A DNA stretch of 63,830 nt, filler included, from Choristocarpus tenellus KU-1152 (Eukaryota; Protista; Phaeophyceae): NCBI GenBank assembly GCA_964200185.2. It is 14 parts of 14 records of this genome, joined end to end, with 100 filler letters (N's around TTAATTAATTAA, not from the genome) between each part and the next. Parts side by side here need not be neighbours in the genome. Positions count along the whole stretch, not along the records: positions 51,396 to 54,975 come from CAXNAD020019130.1; positions 55,076 to 61,019 come from CAXNAD020009350.1; positions 61,120 to 63,830 come from CAXNAD020025409.1; 11 more parts are not named here. One strand, 5' to 3'. Below, in pieces: positions 53,001 through 63,830 of this stretch (position 1 is the first letter of the stretch; each line of letters starts with the position of its first letter). The notes below the pieces were generated by a model that saw only the letters and a list, made by a program, of their open reading frames with translations, was not told the DNA's origin and did no database searches. The translations under genes were made by a program, and so were the position numbers.

Positions 53001-54400
53001 GACTATATTGAGCCCCTCAAAGGCACAGTCCCTGACTGTCTGGGTAGGTAGGTAGGTAGGTAAGTAGGTGCCTGTGGTTCTTGTTCCTAAATTACACATC
53101 TCACAGTTGTGTGATCTTGGAAAAATCTGCATATAGAAGACTTCCAACAATTAAAAAAAAAAAAAATCTCCGGAACTATCTACAGAAGTAGAAGGGGAGG
53201 AGGAGGATGTGAAGATGCTTTACAAATATCCACTGCTTCATGTGTAGCAATAGTTCCTACAGTCTAATTAATTGTCAGACTTTGTCTGCCTTCCCCTCTA
53301 TTTTTGGGTTGCCCAGTGGCCCATGAAAAGTCTACACCAAGTTGCAAATCCAGAACATTTTTTTTTTTGTGACTGGGGTCAGAATATTGCCCCTTGAACA
53401 ACAGCAGTCCCCATGAGAAAAAGTATCAAGCATGGAGTTTGGGCCCAGTGCACCCAGTCACAGTGGGGAAAGGGAAAGGGGATGGGCATGTTTTGAAAAT
53501 CTTCTACACTAGGCAAACATAGTTGAAATGAAATTTGCAAACACCTAACCCTAACCCTAACCCTAACCTCAACACCGATCAGAACAAGGATGGGTTGCTG
53601 ACCCGAATCCCCTATCTGGTGACATTCTACGTGTACTTGCTATGAAGAATTTAATCCTCGAGATGGATGAGGGTTTGAGGTGGTGGTCCACAGTTTTTTC
53701 TTGGAAATTGGACTGGGTAGCATAGCATCTCCAACCATCGCAGTTTACCAGGAACACCTCTGTTGCAGCATGGAATGGGATACCTGTAACTGCACTGCCC
53801 CCTAAACATTGTCCACAACAAGTCCCTGTAGTTGGAAAAAAAGGGGCCTCTAAAATGTGCTCCCGTGCTCAATAAAAAACCCAGAAGCTCAACAATTCCG
53901 TACTATTGTTTGATTGGTAGATTCACTTACTTTTTGACTGACAGGACCAGACCCCCTATTGGATACTGACCCACCCCACAAATTGTTTGTTTGGTGGAGG
54001 TTTCCAGAGTTCAGAAAGGTGTTAAATATGCCAAATACGTTTTTTTTTTTCTCTTTCAGAATTCTTTCAAGTTTATTCCGATAAAATTTTATATATTTCT
54101 TCAATTTCCTGTTGTCAGATGTTGCTGGTTGACTCGTCCAGTGACCGAACCAATCTTAAATGACTTTTTTTTTGTGTTTGGTGATATTTTCCTTGGGGTG
54201 GGACTTTCTTCTTTGTTTTCCTCCTGACGTTTGCCCTCCCCCCCCCCCCCCTATGTACATGTACCATTTTCAAGCACCAATGTGTATCAATGACTGGGTG
54301 ACACTAGAGAGGCATCCCATGTACATATTGTGGGTGACAAGAGTTTATTTTCTTGTTTTGTGATTGGGTTCTGGCATGAAATATGTCGATGCCATGAAGA

Positions 54401-54520
54401 TTAGAGCTAGAGCTAAAGTTAGGGTCAAGGTTGGGGTTAAGGTACGTGGTGATGCCGCACAGCATAGAGTTAGGGTTAAGGTTAGGGTTAGGGTTATGGT
54501 AAGGGTTCTGGTTAGGGTTT
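54401..54520 (+). repeat. Degenerate interstitial telomere-like (TTAGGG) tract; shorter tracts at ~18441, 28651, 34568, 37658, 37776 and 53543
   Basis: gttagggttaaggttagggttagggtt and ccctaaccctaaccctaacc runs. Confidence 0.8.
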
Positions 54521-55545
54521 GACCTATCCATCTCACCAGGAGCTGTGGAGATTGTTTCAGGCATCAGGGGATTATTGCAGCGGAGGTACCTAGGGCTGAC
54601 TACGTTCTTGGTTTTGTCTGGTTGTGATGAGGTCCTATCACATGCCAATCAGTGCTGATGTTGATTCTCAATTTTAAAATTATTTATTTTCATTGAATGG
54701 GGAAAATAAACTCTTTGTAAATGTAAATATATATTTTTTAAAAGCCAATTTGTGCTCCCTTATGTCCACAACTCAAGGGATTTTGGACCACGATCAAAAT
54801 TTGAGGCAAATACTCCTCTGCGATGACCAATTGCAGGTGCTACAGGCTACTGGGACCAATGATATTCCTTAGATCCATCATTCATAAATTGAATGCAGAC
54901 TTTAATGTATTATTGTTCTATTTTTAAAGGGGGATGTCAAGCCAGACCCCTCTGGGAGAAGGGGGGAGGGGGGTGNNNNNNNNNNNNNNNNNNNNNNNNN
55001 NNNNNNNNNNNNNNNNNNNTTAATTAATTAANNNNNNNNNNNNNNNNNNNNNNNNNNNNNNNNNNNNNNNNNNNNCAAAAATCGCGACATGAAAAAATTG
55101 ACCCCCAAATGGACAGCTGCCACCCCCTCCCAGATACTTTGAGCCATTTGAACAAATGCTGTAAGGAAGTGATGGTGTCGGTGATTGCATCCTAGATGTG
55201 GTTAGTTGAATGGTCATTTTCTGCATTCAAGTCTCCTACTCTGATTTTTTTTTTCAACAAACAAACCAACATAACTTTCTTAGTCAGGGTGGGTTTTATA
55301 AAGAAGGCTCTGAAAGTAATTTACAAAGAGGAAGTAGAATCCATTTTTACAACAATGGATATAGGTGAAGATATCTCAACTCCAGATCCCTTCCTGTCTT
55401 GTGTGATCACAACCTAGTTTGATATATACCATTGTCTCTCACACCTGTACCAATAATGATATGGTCCTCTCTGCATGTATGGCAACATAATCATTCAGAC
55501 ATAATGTACATGATCACAGATTCCGGCATCAAACCAAATGCATAC

Positions 55546-56991
55546 CTCATTTCCACTGCATAGTCCGATGAAGTTATTGCATGTCCTTGGGACAACATCT
55601 CCATAGAGACCCATGATGATCCGACCTGCTGATATACCGTCTATCTCTATGTCAAAGAAAATTTTTGCAGTTATGACAGCCTGTGCAAGCAGGTGGACGT
55701 TTGTGAGTAGTGTGCAACTTCCTTTTGTTATGCCGTTGTTTGTAATCTGATGTGCCTGTGTTCAACTTGGAATGAAAGCTCAATTCCACTTCGCTTTTTC
55801 GAATCTCATGCACGGTTCTTCTAACTTGGGACAAACCAGGTCTGTCTATGACCAAACAGCGGAGGAAACAGACTAGAAACCACTCCTCTAAAATGTATAC
55901 ATGTACGTAATATGAATGGTTAACTTCTGTACATGTCTCCTTGGCATTATGACAATGGTTTTCACAAAACACAGCACAGAAAATGCCCAAGATAATGAAG
56001 CGAACAAAATGTATGCCTTCAATCTTTGCTATCTGTCGTCAGATAGTGTTTTACCCAACTCTACGCTAGAGGATAAACCCGAAATAATATTATAGGCAAT
56101 TGGAACAGGAAGCAGGAGATAAGATAGATTGCCATACCTGCCCACTCCATTACTGAATGGAGCCAACAAAAATTAGGTTAGATTTCTTCTGAAGACACTT
56201 AATCCATGTATATAGTTGTACAAGAGCTGTATCCTTGCCTACCTGAGGCAGAGCTGGTTCTGGATCATCAACCTGGTCAGTCTGGATGATATCAGAGACG
56301 GAAAAACCATAAATGGAGAGAGGGTCAGTTAGTTGCATTGTTGAAGCGATTTGTCAGTTTGGCGTGTGAGAGAGAGTAATGTTATCTGGGTCGACGAAAT
56401 TTTCAGCAGAGCTGACCATTCATATCCTTCAACATTAGCAATTACTACATGGCACTTCTGCTGATCTGTATTATGGAAAAATACATCCCAAGGAATGATC
56501 TCAAACATAGATGCATTGTTATGTTGGTTTACCTTCAAGCTGTGATTGAATTTTCCATTTTTCCTTTGTGAGGGAGAGGGCGTAGTTAGCCCCATTGCAA
56601 CGAAGAACCCTGTTCCAAAGACTAATAAGGCACCAAGGACTCGTGTAGTGATGCTGAGTTGTGATGGTGGTTGCGAAGGCCATGGTGGTGGCGTTCGCAC
56701 CCCAGACCGACCCCCGACTGATGGCTTTGTACTCGTATGTCGAGATCTATCTGTCGGTCGATGATCGGTCATTGGCTTAGCATATAGCGCACAACAAGAC
56801 GCGCTGAAAAAATGTGGGACGAACTGCCCAGGAATCCCTGAGTGATGGTACAAGAATCGGTGCCCAACTACCCCAACGCCTCCTCGAACCCCACAAGGTG
56901 TTCCCAATTCTGTATGAAGACATTGTAGTAGAGGATTGAGTCTGCTCTGCGGGAGTTTGTGGATTATCCGTCGAGCAAGCACCCTTTGCAT
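55546..56991 (-). CDS. Cyclophilin-type PPIase with N-terminal presequence and TM helix, 3' part missing; exons 56991-56533, 56281-56243, 55680-55546
   Basis: Exon 3 reads [45 protein letters not shown], the cyclophilin N-terminus. Exon 1 starts [13 protein letters not shown] and includes [18 protein letters not shown]. All joins are phase 0. Confidence 0.85.
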
Positions 56992-57657
56992 GGCCAAGGT
57001 CTTCTAGTTCTTATATGGGTCAGACCATCGTCTCTACCTACTACTCCTGGAGTGTAGACCCTTGCTCTCTTGCTTCTGTCCAGATCTTTTGTCGTTATTT
57101 CAAGAAAATACACGCCCCGCCCTGAATATCATGAGAAGGGGATAGCACACTGTCATATTCTGAAGTGGTGTTTTCGCATGGTGTTTTTTCAACGACACAT
57201 CTGTTGTGGCGACCAAAGAGTAGGAGAACGAACTATTTTTTTATCAAGGAAACCGTTAAACCCCCTGTAGCCTCCGTAATATTAGAAAACCTTTTCCTCA
57301 TTTTGTTTTATGTATATAGGGTTACACATCTAGAAAACCAACAAAAATTGGTAGTGAATAGAAATCCCTCTCTCATCCACTTTGCTTGTCAAAACGTTGA
57401 ATATACATGTTCCAACTGATTCACAAGACTCTGGCTCCATCCACCATTGGAACTAGAAAATATGGATCCAATGGTATCCACAGGTTAGTCTGCTTCTATG
57501 ACATTCTGCTGTGCGAGAGCAAAGGGTTCTGGGAGATCAAGAATTTCTTACTTGTGAATTGCCTAAGTACATGTTCTGCTTGTCCCCCTCTCCAAGCAGT
57601 ATCCTCCTATCTTATACTTCCTCAAATTTGAATTCCACAATTACAGGTGGGGGTAGT

Positions 57658-58994
57658 ATGCGCTTATCCTCTCTTTTGCCAATGTCGAAGCCCAGAGCGC
57701 TTATTGAAGAGGATGTCTTGTCTGGGAATGAGGAGAGCCTTGCTGGGGCTAAGCGCCCTGTGGGTAACCAAAGCAAGGCAAGAAAGTGAAATTTTGCACC
57801 TCATCAACGATCTATTGCAGGGAAGTTTTGGTTCTGTATTCCCTTCCCCGTGACTGGCAGTGAATTCCGAAGTGGCGGTGGCAGCTGTGCAAATTAACTA
57901 CTTTGCCGTCAGATTAGTTGTCACACTTGCATTCCATGTTTTGTCGATGTAGGATGTCGATGACCTGCAGATGAAGCGACAAAGGCGGCTAGATAAAAAC
58001 CGCGAGGCCGCTCGTGAATGTCGAAGGCGCAAGAAAGAGAACAAGGAGAGGCTTCAAGCCCAGCTGGAAGCTCTGGAGGTGAGTCTGCACTAACACTGCA
58101 CAATCACACCCCAGGATCTGGGCGTGATATCCTGCCCATGTCTTCTTGGTGGACTCGACACAGTTCGGTCTTTAGCTGGACGTCGACACCAGCTTGAGCA
58201 GGAAGATGCGACTGTATTGCCTTTTTATACGATTTTTTGACTGGAGAATGTTGGTTGTGCATGGAGGTTGAAGGAAGGTTGAGCATAGAAGGAGATATTT
58301 TAGCTGAAACTAGTTCATGAGAAGCATTGAACTATTTCAGTCACAGAGGTAGCCTTCATAACCTACGAAACATAGCTTGGATGTTGAAACTATTGTGCCA
58401 ACTACGCAGGTGAGCCAAGTAGCAGGACCTATCTTCGCAGAAATATAACCTCGTTACGTCATCAGCAGTCGGAAGCTTTTTGTGATAAAGATATTTAAAC
58501 AGAAAAGCACATTTAATTGTAGGCCTGACCTTCTGGGTATGATCCTCGTCCCTGGAAATCGATACATTTCCATGGCATCCCTTGTTATTCAAGGCACACC
58601 TATGAGTGACACTGCCATAGAGAGTGGGGGGGGGAGGATCTTACACTCGTTTGCTTGTTCTTAGCAAATGGAGGACAATCTTTTATTCAACTATTGAACT
58701 TTTCAGCATTTTTAAAATAACACAAACACACACACACACACACACATACACATCTGAAGAAGGCATTCTGGCAGGAGTGTCCAACAAACAGCCCTCTTGT
58801 GGGTGCATGGACCAGGCCGAGAATCTGAATCTGAGGATAGAACTTAAGATGGGGGACGAGGCGGAGGATGCCGAGAACGTTGAGATACGCCTGATCAAGT
58901 CTCGCCTCGATGACATGATCTCGAATGGTGTGGAGGATGGTCAGATACTGCAGACAATGGACGTTCTTAAAGAAAAGTATGCTGATTATGGCAG
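57658..58994 (+). CDS. bZIP transcription factor, 3' part not found; exons 57658-57777, 57953-58078, 58816-58994
   Basis: Basic region KRQRRLDKNREAARECRRRKK and zipper LQAQLEALEAENLNLRIEL; downstream LKEKYADYGR. Confidence 0.9.
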
Positions 58995-60735
58995 GTATTA
59001 TTTTTTTTGTTCTTCTACGACTGACTACTTAACTGACTTTCGTTGTTAGCTAGTATTGACAATGGTGCATATTGTGAAGTATATTGTGAAGTAAAATGTA
59101 GGCGAGATGTAGGGTTCCCTTACAAACAAGGGAGAAAAAAAAAAAGTCAACTGCAGCAAGAAGTCAGCGATGCCTCCGCAAGGTGTGGGAAGTCTAATTT
59201 TTTTTTTCTGTGAATAGGCGACACACGAAAAAAAAAAAAAAAAAAACCCTTGCATGACTATTTTTTATTTTTTATATTCGAAGTGGTGCCTCACAATTTT
59301 TTTATATTTCTTTCTTTTACAAAGCTATTCCTGGAGGAAACCCAAAAATTGAACCCACTGTTTATGAAAAATGCTGTTTTATTAATGTCATCGCAGAGGA
59401 GGTTGCTGTTGAGTTACGCTGCACCCTGCACTTGTCATACCACAGATGAACATTGTTCTACAGCTCATTGCCACTGCCTCTATTCACACCGACCTTCCTT
59501 CCCAATACTGTGTTCATCGCTCCCACTGCTTGCCGCTTCATATCCTCCAAGTCTTATGCCGGACCCGCCCCAAAGTATTTTCCACCTTGATCTTGCTCCA
59601 GCTTTTTTTTTTTTGTGTAGTAATGCCACAGACAGGATATGAATAGTGCAGGTGGTACGATCCATTGTGCTGCCATGTGGAATAGCATAGTCAAGACCAG
59701 ATTTTGATGAAAGGAAGTGTGTCGTCGAAGGGGGTTGAACCCGCTAAACTAAAGCCAGATCGTCGTCACTAGCAGGTTAACCGCGGAGTTGCCATGGGAA
59801 CATCAGTTACAGAAGGTTGAAAAAAAAAATGCCTTGAAATTCAAAAGGACCGATATCTACTTCCCCTCTTCAATGGTTTCGATCGTTGCATGTAGGGAGT
59901 GAGATGGGTTTCCTAGCTCTTAGGCTGCGTTTATTATTCCCACTTTTGTACTGCAAACGGACCCTCGCCACGATGCCTTCCAAGGCAGTCGTGCTGAGTT
60001 GGGCAGGCTGCCATGGTTTTGCCCCTCCCCCATGACGTACTTGCTCTGCTAGGCATCAATTTGAACGTTTGGCGTGGATGAGGAGAATTTCTTGAGCTGT
60101 TGTTGGACAGAGGAAGTACTCTACCTTTTATTTGTTTATGTATGAACACTCCCTCTGTTATGGTGTATGTCCTCCTTATGGACCTGTCTGTGCACCTCCC
60201 ACACCGGACTCTGTGCTCCTATAGAAGGAGCTCGTGTGTCCCAACGTGTTGAGGGGGTTGGGGAATTGGGCATAAGAGCAGGCCTCTTTGTTGTTGCAGC
60301 TTTAGGTGCAAGTATCTGACTGTGCTTCGTGTGGAGACCCCAGTCACACCCCAGTCACAAGATTGTAACGCCATTCAGGTTGCAGGCACCCATGTGGAGA
60401 TCAGTTACCATGTTTATCGTATCATCTTCCAGCTTGGCGTCTGATGCCAGGCAAAACGCCAAGAACATTTCCCCCCAATGTTTGTATGCTACTTTGTAGT
60501 AGCGATTTGTTATTGCCATCGCAACCATGATGTCGGCAACATATATATTATTGGATGATCAACTCTATTACAATATGAACCACAGGACTTACCTCAATGG
60601 CAATGCAGTATGTCAGCATCTTGACAATCTCTGTCAAGCTATTGGGGTGGATTGGTCGGTATGAAGAGCGGCCTTTCACAAGGAATGCTGTAGCATAGTC
60701 CTGTTTTTCTGTTTCCCCCCCCCTCCCCCCTCCCC

Positions 60736-60766
<31 letters not shown>

Positions 60767-61119
60767 TGAAAAATTCGTAGTTGATGTCACTCTTCCAACC
60801 CATCTTTTTCACGGCCATACCCAAAATGGCAGGGCACACGCCTCTGCAGCCCAGTTTCACATCCAGGAGCTGTCGCGATTGCTGCTTCCTACGCTCACCA
60901 CACGAGCGTGTATGCACGCCATATTGCAGAATCGCAGGGCTGGAAAGGCGCACGGAGTGGTTGGGGGGGAGGGGGGCGAACAGGGCGGGGCATTAGGTGA
61001 ACATGTACCCGACAGAGGGNNNNNNNNNNNNNNNNNNNNNNNNNNNNNNNNNNNNNNNNNNNNTTAATTAATTAANNNNNNNNNNNNNNNNNNNNNNNNN
61101 NNNNNNNNNNNNNNNNNNN

Positions 61120-61330
61120 GCCCTCAAACCACCCCCCACCCCCTCGCCCACCTCTGGAACCCTAGCCCCCTCCTCCCCCCCCCCCGTACCCACCCTTGCC
61201 CTGGTACCTGTCGCTACCACTGCCTCCACGGTATCCACCTCCCCCTCCACCTAAACCACTACGCGTTGACCCCTGCTGGTGCTCATTGTATCGATCATTT
61301 TCCCAACGGCCTCCCACATCAGAACGCCTA
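61120..61330 (-). CDS. Possible Gly/Arg-rich exon fragment
   Basis: DVGGRWENDRYNEHQQGSTRSGLGGGGGGYRGGSGSDRYQGKGGYGG; runs into homopolymers and the linker. Confidence 0.35.
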
Positions 61331-61799
61331 CTGAAGAGATTGTCACAAGAGGTTGGGGGGGGGAGGGGACAGAATAAACAACCGTTGCAAAATTTTATGT
61401 AGTGCTTCATGCACACTAGAGTGAGAATGTCTAGTGGAGAAAATTCACACATCCAGAGAGACGTTTGTCCAACAATCCACTTGGATCAGATATTGTCATT
61501 CTGGTTGAGCTATGGAACGAACATAGTAGTAGCATTCGAACTAGTAGGACAATCAAGGTGAGTTCATGTGTGTTCGTTCATGTATCAAAACAACAGAATC
61601 AATATGGGGGGGTGGGCTATGATCGACACATTGCAAAATGACAGGTGTGCATGTCATCTTGCAAGTAATAGACAAGTGATGCTGTGTTGCAGTTAGTGAC
61701 AGGAACACATGTGATTTGTGGCAAGTGTTTTGGAGTGCATCCCTGCGTGTGTCCTACTTACAATTATTGCCCCTTCGCTATACTAAGATTGAAAGGTAT

Positions 61800-63230
61800 A
61801 GTAGTTCCAACCCGAAAACACCATCGGGACGAACCTTTGACGATACCGAGTGCCTAGATGTTACTGTGAAATGGAAAATTTGCAAGGTAACGACCTTTTT
61901 TGCAGCTTCCTAAATAATGTTTCGGTACTTCAAGGGATGAACAAAAAAGAACATGGACGAGCATGACTCCACTGTAGATTCTCGCATAAGTCTGGAGGAT
62001 CAAAGTTATACGCAATAGACTATGTACAGTGCATTGCAAGAAAGCATACCCTCGATCTTGAGGAACGCTCTTTGCCTAAGATCTTTAGGGCATCAAGGCC
62101 ATGCCACGACGGATGGACTGGTCGCGCTATGTCTGCTATCTAACCCGAATTCGTCGATAGACCCTGCAGGTATAACACCTCCACCTCACCACGCCTTTTA
62201 CATCCAAGGGGAGCAGCTGGTTTTGATTTTGGGCCCTCTAGCACAGATACTAGCGAGGTACTCTAGTGTGGGGAAAACGACACAAGCAAGGATCTGCACA
62301 CTACAAGGTCGAGGAAGCAGAGGATCCACTAGCGTGCTCTAGAAGGAGCACGTTGAATAGTCAACAGTCAGAGTTATCCAACGCATTTCGACAACCTACA
62401 AAGCATCAAGATCGGACCTCGCTGTGACAATCAAGCACCCATACAGCCACCCTATCGCATTTTTTTGCTGGTATGGTGCCAGGTTTCACACGCAATATTC
62501 TAGCCTGCGTCTTCCTACGACTTCAAGCCCCAGCTGCCAACTGGTAGGTGCATCAGTCGTGACTGACCAAACTTACATCACACTCTGTGTTTCACACACC
62601 CATATTGAGCAGCCCCCACAATAGTCAACTTAAAAGGATTCCTCCTTGCACCCCACCTATTGCCAGTACGATCTTTAGCCTGGACATCATCGATTCCTTC
62701 GTCTGCCCAGCTACCACCAGTGCGATTTTCCATCTCTGTGAATACCACCTCCCTCAGGTCCCCCACGTCTTGGAAAAGTGTCGTTGCAGCACCTTCAGTA
62801 GAAAGCAATGAAACATGGGGGTTGCTCCATTCCCCCTAACCCTTGGCGTTGATTTCCACTATAGATGGAGATAACAAGTAGTTGCAGTGGCTGTAGTGAT
62901 GGTAGTGGTGGTAGTGCGATGTTTTACCACTAATATTGACACTGATATTTGTAGTAGTAAAAATAGTGTGTTGAAATACTAGTACTGTTACAGAAGTTCA
63001 ACGATATATATCTTCCAATACAATACCGTATGATATTCTATCACATCATCATCACAACGTTGAGAGAGATCTTTTCAGGTAACCTCGCACCATTGTCATA
63101 CAAAGTTTCAACCATGTTCATAATACACAAATACACCAATACCTCAATGACCTGGCGCGACTCGTGTGGTGGATGGTAGCCTGCGACAGATTGTGTCCAT
63201 CACAGCGCAAGTGCCGATTATTTCAACACA
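61800..63230 (+). mobile_element. Second decayed RLE-type non-LTR retrotransposon, related to 32700-33930
   Basis: 63188 gattgtgtccatcacagcgcaagtg matches the reverse complement of ~32735-32760 (atttgtgtctatcacagcacaagtg). An LNDLA-like segment precedes it and broken ORFs lie upstream. Confidence 0.5.
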
Positions 63231-63830
63231 TAAAAAACCTAAAAATCTGAAACTTGGGACACTGGGCTAGTGCTAAGACGGCGGTTGATTAGTGGGGTAT
63301 TTCCCTAGTTTCTACAACACCTTGGTAGTGGTAGTGCAATAGCAGTTCAGGTGCACGCATTGTAGGTTTCTTGTTTTGCTATTTTCAAATGCACTTCCTA
63401 CAACTATTGTTTGATATATTAAAAGCCTTTTACTTTAACAATAGTGTAAGTAGTAGACACTACTAAAAAAAATAAAGCTTCTACCACTCCTCCCCTACCA
63501 TGCAGGCTCAGGGAGCATCAATCCACTAAATCGCATCTTCGGCATTCCCTGCTAAGGGCTTTGCTGTGCGATCATCAATCAAGGCTGGGTAAACTCAGGT
63601 GAAACAGTCCCACCAGTTCAAGCCCCAGAAGTCCATATCTTGGCAGCACACAATGTGGGAAGGGGCACCAAGACAAGCGAGACCTGGAAGGGGATCTTTG
63701 GTTATGGCCTTAGCATGCTCAGGAGCAAGAGTGGGTAAGGGCCCAATGTGTGGGAACCATTCAACCCCTCAAACCAGCAAGACGGGTCCCATCCCAATAA
63801 TGGCTAAAAGTATCTGGGAGGGGGTGGCGG

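Noticed and set aside
51396-54975. Many short ORFs in this contig
   Set aside because: No recognisable motif or consistent exon chain; likely intronic or intergenic sequence with repeat fragments.
57953-58994. Aureochrome (bZIP-LOV) assignment
   Set aside because: No LOV motif (GRNCRFLQ) follows the zipper; the downstream exon is helical (YADYGR).
3007-61119. Regularly recurring palindromic TTAATTAATTAA flanked by Ns
   Set aside because: Assembly concatenation linker, not a biological repeat, CRISPR array or piggyBac site. Gene neighbourhoods across linkers were not interpreted.

Overview
Eukaryotic, intron-rich nuclear DNA, most likely from a photosynthetic stramenopile (ochrophyte; inferred from a signal peptide followed by an F-starting plastid transit peptide and from the gene style). 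The window is not one locus: it is 14 short contigs (2.7-7.8 kb) joined by 13 artificial 100-nt N44-TTAATTAATTAA-N44 linkers, so adjacency across linkers means nothing. Host genes were reconstructed by hand from splice sites. They are a complete 4-exon TMEM234 head-to-head with a class I/II aminotransferase; the 3' half of V-ATPase subunit A tail-to-tail with the last exon of CLP1; a myosin motor exon; a membrane-anchored cyclophilin head-to-head with a bZIP factor; and a plastid-targeted protein head-to-head with a gene of unknown function. The rest is mostly transposon debris. This includes a Ty1/copia element that lacks the integrase core and is bracketed by 72-bp INVERTED repeats, a Ty3/gypsy protease split by a MITE that is itself split by a solo LTR, and a dispersed MITE group sharing CAAAGTATCT termini. 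There is also a piggyBac relic, two RLE-type non-LTR relics and a ~2.7-kb inverted-repeat (foldback) structure. GC-AG introns appear unusually frequent. All family assignments are from motif recognition, not database searches.
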